Assembly: GCA_963665815.1 (NCBI GenBank)
Contig: OY762463.1
Coordinates: forward strand, 3,264,001 to 3,328,000
Origin: Candidatus Cloacimonadales bacterium
GTDB lineage: Bacteria; Cloacimonadota; Cloacimonadia; Cloacimonadales; JAIOQZ01
Direction: 5' to 3'
DNA: 64,000 bases
In this document: in pieces, positions 19,868 through 29,849 of the stretch
Layout: each line of letters starts with the position of its first letter
Numbering within the stretch: position 1 is the stretch's first letter
Program-made: the position numbers and the translations under genes
The notes under the pieces: generated by a model
The model's database searches: none
The model's input: only the letters and a program-made list of their open reading frames with translations
What the model was told of the DNA's origin: nothing

Positions 19868-19902
19868 GTTAGAATTCACTAACTTTGTTAGTAGTGACTA
19901 AC
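19868..19902. promoter_or_regulatory. Tandem putative DtxR/MntR operators GTTAG-N6-CTAAC x2
   Basis: GTTAGAATTCACTAAC (19868-19883) and GTTAGTAGTGACTAAC (19887-19902) lie just upstream of the regulator. Confidence 0.6.
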
Positions 19903-19939
19903 AGGTTGCAGGGACTACTATATGTCAAGAAGTTTCTCG

Positions 19940-20602
19940 TTAAAGTTTTTTATTAATCAGAGCACGGTAAATTTCTGTAGCAATATTCCTTTTAAACAGG
20001 AATTTGTAGGCTAAAAATGCAAAGCCGATTATTGATGCCAGAATAACTACTACAGCAACAGTTGAAGACTTTGCGGTAAAGGCAATAATTGAAAGAGCAA
20101 CAGCAAGAGCAAAGAAGACAAACATCATTATCATCATGAATTTTACTGAAGATACTTTAGAAACCTTATCATATCTTTGCCATTTTCTTTCGTTTTTCAA
20201 TATCGCTTCATCAACCTGTTTCATTGCTTCCAGAGAATTGGATGAAAGATTAAGTTCTTCCTGTTTAGGTAAAATTGTAATCTTTGGAAGATGATCAAGA
20301 TGGGCTCTGTGCAGGACAATCTCTTTACATCCCGGACAGACGTACAGTTTCACCGGTAAACTCTGAATTGTATGGTCAATTCCAAAATAAGCATTATTAC
20401 AGCTTACACAACTGCCAAACAAGTTGTCATTTCTACTTTTGGTTTTTTGCAGGATTTCTCTCAATGGTTTAGGATCGTACCCTTCTTTTTTTAATAAACT
20501 GTAACTCCACGCCTGATAATTACAGACTTCACAGTGAAAGTACATTCCATTCTTTATCTGCTTTTGATGCATTATATTATTACATGAAGGACATAAATTC
20601 AT
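19940..20602 (-). CDS. Hypothetical Zn-ribbon membrane protein
   Basis: Four CxxC pairs in the N-terminal half and two C-terminal TM helices. Confidence 0.6.
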   Translation of the reverse strand: MNLCPSCNNIMHQKQIKNGMYFHCEVCNYQAWSYSLLKKEGYDPKPLREILQKTKSRNDNLFGSCVSCNNAYFGIDHTIQSLPVKLYVCPGCKEIVLHRAHLDHLPKITILPKQEELNLSSNSLEAMKQVDEAILKNERKWQRYDKVSKVSSVKFMMIMMFVFFALAVALSIIAFTAKSSTVAVVVILASIIGFAFLAYKFLFKRNIATEIYRALINKKL

Positions 20603-20623
20603 GTTCTCACCCCTTTCTTATGC

Positions 20624-21415
20624 TTATTTTATCAGATCTTTAACAAATTTAAAATTCGGAATCTTCGTCTTTTTGAGTATACCTTTCACTCCAATTGCAC
20701 CGGAAGGACAGTTATAAACACAACGCATACACATTAGACAATTTGATCCGAAATGAATATCCCTATCGGTTTCTCTGACATTATGGGTAGGGCAAAGGTA
20801 AAAACACTTTCCGCAGTGTATACATTTTTCATCCGCATATAGTCTTTTGCCAAAGAAAGGAGCCATCAACCTGTCCTCAAACCGAGAAGACAGCTTTGAT
20901 ACAATTTCATTGAACAGGCTGTAATTGTATAAGCTCTTTTTATTGGAAATAAGCTCAGATATTATTATTTCTATCTGTTTTTCAGCTTTTTTTACAATTT
21001 TTTTAATTTCTTTTTCTCCGGGTCTTGTCATTAGATTAGACACCATAAGAATAAGTTTCTCATAAGTTGGAATGTATCCTTTTGCTTTGAGTGCTTTCTG
21101 TAACGGAGTCGTTGATCCTCCATACATAGCTCTGTCCGCAGAGTTTTTCAGGATAAAACAGTGTCTTGAAGAAACCACAGGCAGTTCATTAACAAAATCA
21201 TAGAATATTCTGGGAGCATTAAACGCATGAACAGGAAATGCAAACCCGAACATGTTATAAATATCATAATCAATGTTCGTCTTCTTAAGCAGAATCTTTT
21301 CGATAGGATACAGATCAACTTTTCCGACTGATTCAGGAAACGTGTCTTTAAATATTTCGCAGATCAATTCCGTATTTCCTGTTCCGGAAAAATAGAAAAG
21401 TGCAATATTCTTCAT
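20624..21415 (-). CDS. EFR1-family flavodoxin/4Fe-4S ferredoxin protein
   Basis: YFSGTGNT, FAFPVH, CIHCGKCFYLCP and CLMCMRCVYNCP motifs. Confidence 0.85.
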   Translation of the reverse strand: MKNIALFYFSGTGNTELICEIFKDTFPESVGKVDLYPIEKILLKKTNIDYDIYNMFGFAFPVHAFNAPRIFYDFVNELPVVSSRHCFILKNSADRAMYGGSTTPLQKALKAKGYIPTYEKLILMVSNLMTRPGEKEIKKIVKKAEKQIEIIISELISNKKSLYNYSLFNEIVSKLSSRFEDRLMAPFFGKRLYADEKCIHCGKCFYLCPTHNVRETDRDIHFGSNCLMCMRCVYNCPSGAIGVKGILKKTKIPNFKFVKDLIK

Positions 21416-21573
21416 TATAACCTCTTAACTATCTTATAAACACTATGAAATTAATGTCAAAGTATATTGTTATTTTTTGTTCATTGACATAGCAATCGAT
21501 AAAATACTTGCTAATTTTTGTAATGTTAAAGAATACTGATATCAATTACGTAAAGGACTTACAAGGCTATTCT

Positions 21574-23577
21574 ATGAATAAAACAAAAGAAGAACCAAAA
21601 TTTCTGTGGCGATTATTATTCGCTCTTTTATTTGTCACACCACTACTTTATACTAACATTACAATAGACTGGATAATTCCGATTAGATCCGTATTTGCAG
21701 CAATTGTTATTGTTCTGACAGCTGCTTATTCGCTGCGCAGAAAGTTAGCATTTCCAACTGCTCTTCTGAAGAATAGAAGTTTTCAATTTCTTATTCTTTA
21801 CATTCTGGCAGGATTAATCACATTCTTTTCAGCCTTGAACAAACATGAGTTTTTTGCAGCTACATCATTAAAACTGCTACTTCCTCTTCTCATTGTGGGA
21901 CTCTACATAATATTCAGGAATATTGAGAATCCTGTAGAGAAATCTTCAAGCTATGTCATTTATGGCAGTTTTGTTTTTACATTAATTTCTCTTCTTCAGG
22001 TAACTTTCAATGTGCTGGAATTTATTCCGTCTACATTTCTGGGAAGCAGTACATTTGCGAATGTGAATATGCTGACTACCGCTGTGATAATGAGTCTTCC
22101 ATTTTCAGTATATGGTATATACAAACTGGGAGTTTTTGAGAGAATTTTCGCATATTGCAACGTATTTATGACTGCTTACGTTGTTACAATTCTCAGAACA
22201 AGATCTGTCTGGCTGGCATCATCATTAAGTTTAATAGTTGTTCTCGGTTTATTGCTATTTCTTAAGAGAAAAGCCGAACTGAAACTTTGGAATAAGCCTG
22301 CAAGAAATATAATGATACTTATACTTATAGCTGTTTTAGCAGCTTCTGCTGCTTATGTAATTATTGAAAAGTACTTTCCCGATTCAGGATCAACACAAAG
22401 AATGAGAAAAGATGTATTGGGTGGTTCCACTGTTGCCGTGAGACTGGATGTATGGAAGAAATCGATGGAAATGATAAAAGAACATCCATTAATCGGTGTT
22501 GGTAGCGGAAACTGGTCATTGAACATTAACAAATATGGAACAGAAGGAATGCGATCCGAAAAGGGGGAATTGTCATATAGACGACCGCATAATGATTATA
22601 TATGGATAGCTTCTGAGAATGGAATTGTTATTTTGATTCTTTACGCTGCATTTCTGCTTTCCATTTATATCAGTGGCATAAAAAACCTTCTCAAGGGAGA
22701 TAGAGTCCGATGGGAGAATTTGATTGCTCTATTCGGGATCAAAGTATACGGCATAATTGCCTTATTCAGTTTTCCGGGGGAGAGAGTTTATAATCTAAGT
22801 CTTCTTGCTTTGTTCTGTGTAATTATTATTCTCAATCAAGAAGAAAGTGACCGGAAGAAGTTTGAGAAATATCCGTGGGTGGTTTATACTCTTGTCGCTG
22901 TAATTTTTCTTGGAGTAAGTGTGTCGCGTTTTCAATCAGATGTATTTATGAGAAAGATAGCTGATACTCGTCAGGAGATAGATCAGCTCAGAGTTGCAAA
23001 AGGACAGAAACGTATTCCTGCTCATTCTGCTGATTTAAGAATAAACAGTCTCAGGTCGGCAATTACAAAGTATGCTCAGAATGCATATACTCCTGTTTAC
23101 TCAGTAGATCCTACGGTCACACATGTTCTTGCATTCAAAGCCAAAATGTTGTTTGATATGGGAAAATACAATGAATCTCTGACAGTGTATCTGAAAACTC
23201 TTGAAGAAAACCCATATCATCTGTATACAATGTTTTCAACTGCTTTGACTTATGAAAAACTTCGGAAGACTAAAGAAGAACTTGAAATGCATAATAAAAT
23301 TCTTGAAATTGCTCCATCGTTTCCGGGGTCACTTCTTGAACTGTCAGCAAAATCTGCATTGAAGGGTGATACTGAGTCAGCCTATGAGTATTTCATTAAA
23401 GTGGATAAACAGATAAATATTGTCAGATACAATGCAATAGCCATGAGTTTGACAGAGCAATATCTTAAGAAGAGCAATAACAAAAAAGCCAGAGAAGTAT
23501 TCAGCAAAATTGAAGGTGATATTCCTGTTCCTCAGTATAAAGAACTCAAAGAAATTCTTGGTAATCTCAAGCAATGA
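21574..23577 (+). CDS. O-antigen ligase (Wzy_C) family protein with C-terminal TPR
   Basis: Many TMs; TRSVW, RLDVWK, HPLIGVGSGNW and PHNDY motifs; TPR-like C-terminus. ATG at 21574 chosen as start. Confidence 0.82.
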   Translation: MNKTKEEPKFLWRLLFALLFVTPLLYTNITIDWIIPIRSVFAAIVIVLTAAYSLRRKLAFPTALLKNRSFQFLILYILAGLITFFSALNKHEFFAATSLKLLLPLLIVGLYIIFRNIENPVEKSSSYVIYGSFVFTLISLLQVTFNVLEFIPSTFLGSSTFANVNMLTTAVIMSLPFSVYGIYKLGVFERIFAYCNVFMTAYVVTILRTRSVWLASSLSLIVVLGLLLFLKRKAELKLWNKPARNIMILILIAVLAASAAYVIIEKYFPDSGSTQRMRKDVLGGSTVAVRLDVWKKSMEMIKEHPLIGVGSGNWSLNINKYGTEGMRSEKGELSYRRPHNDYIWIASENGIVILILYAAFLLSIYISGIKNLLKGDRVRWENLIALFGIKVYGIIALFSFPGERVYNLSLLALFCVIIILNQEESDRKKFEKYPWVVYTLVAVIFLGVSVSRFQSDVFMRKIADTRQEIDQLRVAKGQKRIPAHSADLRINSLRSAITKYAQNAYTPVYSVDPTVTHVLAFKAKMLFDMGKYNESLTVYLKTLEENPYHLYTMFSTALTYEKLRKTKEELEMHNKILEIAPSFPGSLLELSAKSALKGDTESAYEYFIKVDKQINIVRYNAIAMSLTEQYLKKSNNKKAREVFSKIEGDIPVPQYKELKEILGNLKQ

Positions 23578-24881
23578 TAATTTTATCTTTACCTTATTGC
23601 AGAAACTGGAAAGAAATCGTTAAAGACAGTGATCCGAATGGAATTGTTGAGAAAACAGAGCTGAGATTTGATCTGGGAAATGTACCTCTTGATTCTGTTC
23701 ATGGGTGTTTCGATGATACATGTATACTGACAGTAAGAGGTAATGTTGAAAACAAGAGAAGGTTCATAGATTATCACATAGAAAACTCAAAATGCCAGTT
23801 TGATCTGGATCATTCAATTGTGGGGGAGTTCAACATACCTGCAGAAAGACTTATCGTGTCATATCATGATTTTTCTACAGTACCGGATATTATAGCATTG
23901 AAACAATTCCTGAGTAGGTACTCAGAAACATCATTCTGCTTTATAAAAACTGCCATTAATATTCCCGATTTCAAATCATTGATTAATGTGCAGGAAGTTC
24001 TTAATGATTTCAGTGGTAAGCTGATATTTGTCGGAATGGGGAAATTAGGGAAGCTTGCCAGAATAATGTACAAACAATTCGGTTCTGAAGCTGTATATAC
24101 GGGGATTCAGGGTAGGGAAACAGCCGAAGGTCAGATTACTCTGAATGAATTATACATGTATTATCCGGTTGATGCAAAAACTGAAATTGGCGGGATAATA
24201 GGTGGAGAACAGGTGCAGGATTCTCTGGGGATAGATTTCTATAATGCGGAGTTCAGAAAACGAAAGCTGAATGCAAGATATCTTCCCTTCGTTATAGATA
24301 ATCCTGAAGATTTTGTTGACTGGCTGAAAAATCGTACATGCAGGATAAACTTTTACGGCTTCTCAATCACAATGCCTGCTAAAAAAACTATCCCGAAGCT
24401 TTTATCCTTCGAAGGTGTTGCTAACCTGATGTTATGGAAATCCGGAAGATTCCTGAACACAGACCTTGATGCATTCATTAGAATCAGAGAGCATATAGAA
24501 AAACTTCCTGATTTGCCAATCGTTATTTACGGTTATGGAGCTTCTGCTGAAAATGCTGTAAAAGTATTGGCTGGTTATCATTTAATGGTTTGCGGAAGAA
24601 ATCAGGTGAAAATTCAGAGTTTTTGTAATAAACATTCTCTGCCTGTATTCAACCCGGATACAGTTGACAGATATATATTTATAAACTGTACTCCAATGAA
24701 ACTTGAATCATTGTTTGACGAATTTCAGGGGATAGAGTATTTGTTTAATCTAAACTATCCGACAGTCATTTCAAAAGACAGAAGATTAGTTTTTACAGGT
24801 GAAGACTTCTGGAAATATCAGGCGGAAAGGCAGCTTGAAGAGTTTCTGAATGAAATTAATTCTGATAAAGGATTGAAATGA
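23574..24881 (+). CDS. aroDE: Fused type I 3-dehydroquinate dehydratase / shikimate dehydrogenase
   Basis: ELRFD, VSYHDF, IKTA, GMGKLGKLAR and TAEGQ (DHQase I), then GFSITMPAK, NTD, GYGAS and INCTP (SDH). Confidence 0.75.
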   Translation: MIILSLPYCRNWKEIVKDSDPNGIVEKTELRFDLGNVPLDSVHGCFDDTCILTVRGNVENKRRFIDYHIENSKCQFDLDHSIVGEFNIPAERLIVSYHDFSTVPDIIALKQFLSRYSETSFCFIKTAINIPDFKSLINVQEVLNDFSGKLIFVGMGKLGKLARIMYKQFGSEAVYTGIQGRETAEGQITLNELYMYYPVDAKTEIGGIIGGEQVQDSLGIDFYNAEFRKRKLNARYLPFVIDNPEDFVDWLKNRTCRINFYGFSITMPAKKTIPKLLSFEGVANLMLWKSGRFLNTDLDAFIRIREHIEKLPDLPIVIYGYGASAENAVKVLAGYHLMVCGRNQVKIQSFCNKHSLPVFNPDTVDRYIFINCTPMKLESLFDEFQGIEYLFNLNYPTVISKDRRLVFTGEDFWKYQAERQLEEFLNEINSDKGLK

Positions 24882-25591
24882 AGAAAATACTAATATCAAT
24901 ATTCTTTTTAACATCTTTGTTATTGAATTGCCTGAATATAATGTTTATCGACAGTATTAATTTGAATGAAGACGACCTTCAGGCGGAAATTGATTTATTT
25001 GGCAGATCTGCCGTTGATTCTCTCAGTGATAATGCTCTCAAGATTTTCTCAGGAAAGATTAAAATTGGTAATGAGTCAATAAATGACAGTCTACAGAAAG
25101 AAATTATGTCTCTCATGAATGCTGACTGGTATATTCCCGATGGCTATAAATTCACTGAAGGCAGTGCTGAAATCCTGGCATCTAATATTGGTGAGGGAAA
25201 TGCTGAAAAGTGTATTTATGAATCAAATGATCTGAAGATTGGGGTTTTCTCTTTATATTCCCCTGATTACCCGGTGAGAAATAATATTCCTGATTCAACA
25301 AAATTCAAGTACAACCTGGACGATATCATGAAAGAATATATACTGGAACTTTCAGCAGAAACTGATTATATACTTTTATGCACAAGTATTCCGAAGAAAA
25401 TTATTAAGAATCTGGTCAAAGGACTTCCTGTGGACTTTGTATACAGTACTGATTATAAGAAATACACTGAAGATGTTCTGAATGACCAAACGTATTTTAT
25501 GGCAGTTAAACCGGATCAGATCGGTGTACTGAGTATTGCATCGGATTCAACCGGTACGTATGAGTATAAAGAATATGGAAGAGAACAATAG
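24878..25591 (+). CDS. Hypothetical exported protein (possibly degenerate 5'-nucleotidase-like fold)
   Basis: Signal peptide; overlaps its neighbours in an operon; weak LKIGVFSL and LPVDFV patterns. Confidence 0.5.
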   Translation: MKKILISIFFLTSLLLNCLNIMFIDSINLNEDDLQAEIDLFGRSAVDSLSDNALKIFSGKIKIGNESINDSLQKEIMSLMNADWYIPDGYKFTEGSAEILASNIGEGNAEKCIYESNDLKIGVFSLYSPDYPVRNNIPDSTKFKYNLDDIMKEYILELSAETDYILLCTSIPKKIIKNLVKGLPVDFVYSTDYKKYTEDVLNDQTYFMAVKPDQIGVLSIASDSTGTYEYKEYGREQ

Positions 25592-26486
25592 CATCATTGT
25601 AGAAAATTATTCTAAGTTCCTTAAATCTGCGGGATTATCATCTCATAGTGTTTTAGCATATATCAAGGATACTGAGCAATTTTTGACTTTTACAGAAAAG
25701 TACTTCGAGAATGGAATTGTCAGACTGAATGAGATTAAGAAATACATGCTAAGAGATTTTCTGATGCAATTGAATTCCGATGGATGCAAGAACAGAACAT
25801 TGGCACGCAAAACAACTGCATTGAAAAAGTTTTTCGGCTTTCTATTGAAGAGAAATGAAATTGAGGATAATCCTGTTGAAAACATGAAAACTCCACGATA
25901 CGATAAAACACTACCATCTTATTTTACTGAAGATGAGATGACTCAGTTGTTGTTGATACCGGATCTGACAACTAAATTTGGGATTCGCAACAGAGCAATA
26001 CTGGAACTTATATATTCCTGTGGATTACGGATAAGCGAAGTATCAGGAGCTTTAATTACTAATCTGAATCTGAACAAAAAACTGATTAAGGTTTTTGGTA
26101 AAAGAAGCAAAGAGAGAATTATTCCACTTACAAATGAATCTGTAAAAGCTCTGAGAGCTTATTTGAAACTGCGATCTCGCTTTGATACTCAACAGAATAT
26201 TCATCTGTTCCTGACCAAAAGTGGTAACCGGATGCAGACTTCAGAACTACGTCATATGATTCAGAGATACATTAGTCTTATTACTTCTCAGAAAGGTTAT
26301 AGTCCACACACCATCAGACATTCTTTTGCTACTCACATGCTGAATGATGGAGCAGATCTAAGATCAATACAGGAGATGCTCGGACATGCAAATCTATCGT
26401 CTACTGAGATTTATACTCATGTTTCATTGAAGGAAATTAAACAGCAATACCATAACAATCATCCCCGATCGAAAAAGAAGAAATAA
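25575..26486 (+). CDS. xerC: Tyrosine recombinase XerC-like
   Basis: [43 protein letters not shown] and TEIYTH motifs; ATG at 25575. Confidence 0.85.
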   Translation: MEENNSIIVENYSKFLKSAGLSSHSVLAYIKDTEQFLTFTEKYFENGIVRLNEIKKYMLRDFLMQLNSDGCKNRTLARKTTALKKFFGFLLKRNEIEDNPVENMKTPRYDKTLPSYFTEDEMTQLLLIPDLTTKFGIRNRAILELIYSCGLRISEVSGALITNLNLNKKLIKVFGKRSKERIIPLTNESVKALRAYLKLRSRFDTQQNIHLFLTKSGNRMQTSELRHMIQRYISLITSQKGYSPHTIRHSFATHMLNDGADLRSIQEMLGHANLSSTEIYTHVSLKEIKQQYHNNHPRSKKKK

Positions 26487-26745
26487 CCAAAGGTTTTTCA
26501 GAATAGCAAAAATCATCTGCTTATTACCAAACTATTCACAAGCAGAAGCATTCTAACAGAAAATTTCAGCAAATTATAAAAATAAGTCAAAAAAATAATC
26601 ATAAATATACAAGGGAGTTTAATAAGCATTCAATTTTATTCTGGCATGTTTTTATATTTACAGAAATCTTTGCATAATTGGGTAGGTGCTCAATTTAACT
26701 ATTCTGCGAAGGTTTTTAACTATAACAGCAAGAAGTGAGGAAATT

Positions 26746-27469
26746 ATGAAAAAACTATTGGTAACTATAGTTCTGTTAGTACCTATGCTCATGTCAGCAA
26801 CAACTCATATTGTTAATGTTAGTGGAGGTGGAGATTTTTCTCAGATACAACCTGCTATCAATTCTTCAGTTGATGGGGACTCAATAATTGTATATCCCGG
26901 AATGTATATTGGCGGTTTAAATTTTAATGGTAAAAGTCTCGTTTTACATTCTTTGGAAGCAATTACAGATTCTGCATGCTATATTGACAGTACAATCATA
27001 AATGGATTTGTTATGTTCAGTTGCATTACTGCAATACAGCATGAAGAACAATTTGAAATCAGAGGTTTTTCCATCACTGGTGGAGATACAGACAGTGGTG
27101 GGGAATTCCAGAATATATGGAAGCTCTATAGATATTGGCTGTTTTGAATGGCAGTCTGTAGGAAGCACTATCCCGGATTTAGATTTTATTAATACTAAAG
27201 TAACTGCCTGCAACTACCCTAACCCTTTCAACCCGACCATAACTATAAAATACAGTCTCCCTGAAGAAGGCAATGTCTGTATTGAAGTGTACAATATAAA
27301 AGGACAGAAAGTTAAACAGCTTGTAAATGAGAACAAGGAAAGCGGACATCACTCAATTAAATGGAACGGGACAGACGATAACAATAAAAGTATCGGTTCC
27401 GGAGTATATTTCTATTAAGTCAACACGAAAAAGTCATCATTAATAAACAAAATGATAATGTTGAAATAG
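26746..27469 (+). pseudogene. Internally deleted, frameshifted remnant of a secreted beta-helix/FlgD-T9SS-like protein
   Basis: Signal peptide and DFSQIQPAIN..GDSIIVYPGMY N-terminus join out of frame at ~27100 to GNSRIYGSSIDIGCFEW-NYPNPFNP C-terminus. An in-frame TAA at 27416 precedes the natural tail VNTKKSSLINKMIMLK* ending at 27469. Confidence 0.8.
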
Positions 27470-27530
27470 TGATTGACAGTTAAGTCACTTTATATAAAAA
27501 TATAAAAAATAATTTCGAAGGAGAATATTA

Positions 27531-27554
27531 ATGATTATTACAGCTGTCAATTAA
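27531..27554 (+). CDS. Putative leader peptide MIITAVN
   Basis: AAGGAG RBS then ATG ATT ATT ACA GCT GTC AAT TAA, upstream of the attenuator hairpins of the ABC-F gene. Confidence 0.45.
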   Translation: MIITAVN

Positions 27555-27647
27555 GTATAACCATAGGTAAAACCGGAACTTTATGATATTTATATTGATA
27601 GTTATGTATTAATACTGAATTTGTATTTAAACTCATAAATAAATCTT

Positions 27648-27726
27648 AAGGGATCACCTGATGGTTGATCCCTTTTTCTGTGAACTTTTCAAGGCTTAAG
27701 GGATCAATGTCCTTTGAGCCTTTTTT
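27648..27726 (+). promoter_or_regulatory. Attenuator: two tandem intrinsic terminators with an alternative antiterminator pairing
   Basis: AAGGGATCA..TGATCCCTTTTT (27648-27678) and AAGGCTTAAGGGA..TCCTTTGAGCCTTTTTTT (27691-27726). 27665-27674 is the exact complement of 27698-27707. Confidence 0.7.
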
Positions 27727-27743
27727 AATACTGTGGAGGAATA

Positions 27744-27818
27744 ATGAGAAGAGAATTTAACATGATTACAAAGATAGTTATGAAACCGGATACTTTACAA
27801 GTGAAAGCTATAGAATAA
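27744..27818 (+). CDS. Second small uORF (24 aa, MRREFNMITKIVMKPDTLQVKAIE)
   Basis: GGAGG RBS; lies directly upstream of the ABC-F gene. Confidence 0.4.
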   Translation: MRREFNMITKIVMKPDTLQVKAIE

Positions 27819-27857
27819 GAAATTAAACACCACAAAACTCTATTTAGAGGAGGATAT

Positions 27858-29468
27858 ATGTTATTAGTACAGATGCAGAATATAAATTTCAGATATGAGA
27901 ACAAGCCGGAATCGATCTTTGAAAATTTATCATTAGATATCTATGATAGTTGTAAAGTTGGGTTAATTGGCAGAAATGGGGTTGGGAAATCTACTCTCGT
28001 AAAACTGATTCTGGGAGAAATCACTCCAAATCAAGGTTCCGTGCATAAAAATGATGATCTTGAAGTTGGTTACCTGGCGCAGGAAATTAGATATGATGAG
28101 GAGCAGATTGTCAGTGATTACTTCTGGTCAATAAACACTGAACTGAACTATGTAAGGTATAAATTAAAAGATCAGTCGAAATTAAACCAGAGTGAATTGA
28201 TAGAACTTATAGGAAAGTACGATGATTTGAATGGTTATGATTTCGAAATCCATATCGAGAAACATATCAGTCAATTTGATTTATCGGAATCCATATTAAA
28301 CCGAAATATCGGCAGCCTGAGTGGAGGAGAAAAGACTAAGATTGCTTTGATTCGTATTTTATTAAATAACCCAAACCTGATTCTTCTTGATGAGCCGACA
28401 AATCATCTGGATATCAACACATTGCAGTGGCTTGAAGTGTATCTGCAGAATCTGAAAATACCTTTCCTGATTATTAGCCATGATAGAAAGTTTTTAGATA
28501 ATTGTGTAAATGAAATCTGGGAAATTGAATCAGAAGAAATACATCGATACTCAGGTAATTATTCATTTTACAGGGAATCAAAGGAGCAGGACTTCCAAAG
28601 TAAGATGCACAATTTCGAGAGTCAGAAGAAAAAGATAAACAAGCTGAAAAAAGCTCTGGTTAAGAGAAGAAGTTGGTCTTTTCAGCATCAGGGGCAAACT
28701 GGAACGGAAGGGAATGCTCCAATATATGAGTCTGTTGGAAATCAGTCTAAGTCAGCAATGACTCGAGCAAAGGCGATTGAGTCACGTGTAATAAAAGAAA
28801 TTGAAAAAGCAGAAGCTGAAAAACCGTGGATTGAGAAGAAGAGAAGAATCATTTTCTCAAATAGTTCATTGAACTGTCGAGAAATACTGAAAGTCGAAAA
28901 CTTGTGTAAGAGCTTTTCAAATGAAGTCGTATTGGATAATCTGAGTTTCAGTATTAAGAATCATAGTCGTGTTTCTATTGAAGGTCTTAATGGAAGTGGG
29001 AAATCAACATTACTGAAAATACTCATTGGAAGCTTAGAACAGACCTCCGGTGAGTTTCAGTGGAATCCACAGGTTAAAATCGGATATTACAGTCAGGAAT
29101 TTGACCATCTTGATGACAAAAGGACTATAATTGAGGAAGTTCTTGATGGAATTGAATCTGATCAGACATTCTCTGAGCTTCAATCCCGAGCCAGGACAAT
29201 TCTGGGTTGTCTTAATCTGAGAAAAGACAAGGTTTACTATAAGATTTCTGAATTAAGTATAGGTGAAAAAAGTAAAGTAGCTCTGACTAAACTCATTCTT
29301 TCCGACTCGAATGTTCTGATACTTGATGAACCGGACAACCATCTGGAAATAGTTGCCAGAGAAGCTCTGGAAGATGCTTTATTGAACTATTCAGGATCTA
29401 TTATCTTCGTTTCTCATGACAGATATTTTGTGGAGAAGATAGCTACGGAGTCTGTAGGGTTGGATTAG
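27858..29468 (+). CDS. ABC-F ATPase, probable ribosome-protection (ARE) type
   Basis: Two NBDs (GRNGVGKS/LSGGEK/LLDEPTNHLD and GLNGSGKS/LSIGEK/LDEPDNHLE), no TM segments, extended interdomain linker. Confidence 0.85.
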   Translation: MLLVQMQNINFRYENKPESIFENLSLDIYDSCKVGLIGRNGVGKSTLVKLILGEITPNQGSVHKNDDLEVGYLAQEIRYDEEQIVSDYFWSINTELNYVRYKLKDQSKLNQSELIELIGKYDDLNGYDFEIHIEKHISQFDLSESILNRNIGSLSGGEKTKIALIRILLNNPNLILLDEPTNHLDINTLQWLEVYLQNLKIPFLIISHDRKFLDNCVNEIWEIESEEIHRYSGNYSFYRESKEQDFQSKMHNFESQKKKINKLKKALVKRRSWSFQHQGQTGTEGNAPIYESVGNQSKSAMTRAKAIESRVIKEIEKAEAEKPWIEKKRRIIFSNSSLNCREILKVENLCKSFSNEVVLDNLSFSIKNHSRVSIEGLNGSGKSTLLKILIGSLEQTSGEFQWNPQVKIGYYSQEFDHLDDKRTIIEEVLDGIESDQTFSELQSRARTILGCLNLRKDKVYYKISELSIGEKSKVALTKLILSDSNVLILDEPDNHLEIVAREALEDALLNYSGSIIFVSHDRYFVEKIATESVGLD

Positions 29469-29697
29469 GCGAAACAAGACATAAGCAACAGTATGAGAAC
29501 ACTGATTAATAGTATATCACTGGACTAATCATATCATTAATCCGGATTCTATTAAGTAACGTCGAAAGTTCATAAATATACCAAGCATTGCAATTCACTT
29601 AAGTTGTGATCTTTACAACTTTTCCTTGACACATAATTTACATAAATAAATTAGGTATTAATAAAGAAATAGTATTTTCTAAGAGAGAATACATAAT

Positions 29698-29817
29698 AAA
29701 AAGAAGCATCCGCTTCTACCTTACGGTTCCGAGAGATACTTGTAAGGTCTGAAAGTATAAATAATAAAGTCGTATATTATATTTACTTATTAAGCGGGTC
29801 ATGTACCCGCTTTTTTG
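29698..29817 (+). ncRNA. L20 leader (ribosomal protein autoregulatory element) with terminator
   Basis: AGAAGCATCCGCTTCTACC 5' motif and AAGCGGGTCATGTACCCGCTTTTTT terminator, upstream of infC-rpmI-rplT. Confidence 0.75.
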
Positions 29818-29849
29818 TTATTATATGAAACCATAAGGAGGTTCCCATA

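Noticed and set aside
25575..26486. Tyrosine recombinase as the integrase of a mobile element
   Set aside because: It has XerC/D-like size and motifs, overlaps housekeeping genes in an operon, and no att sites or cargo are evident.
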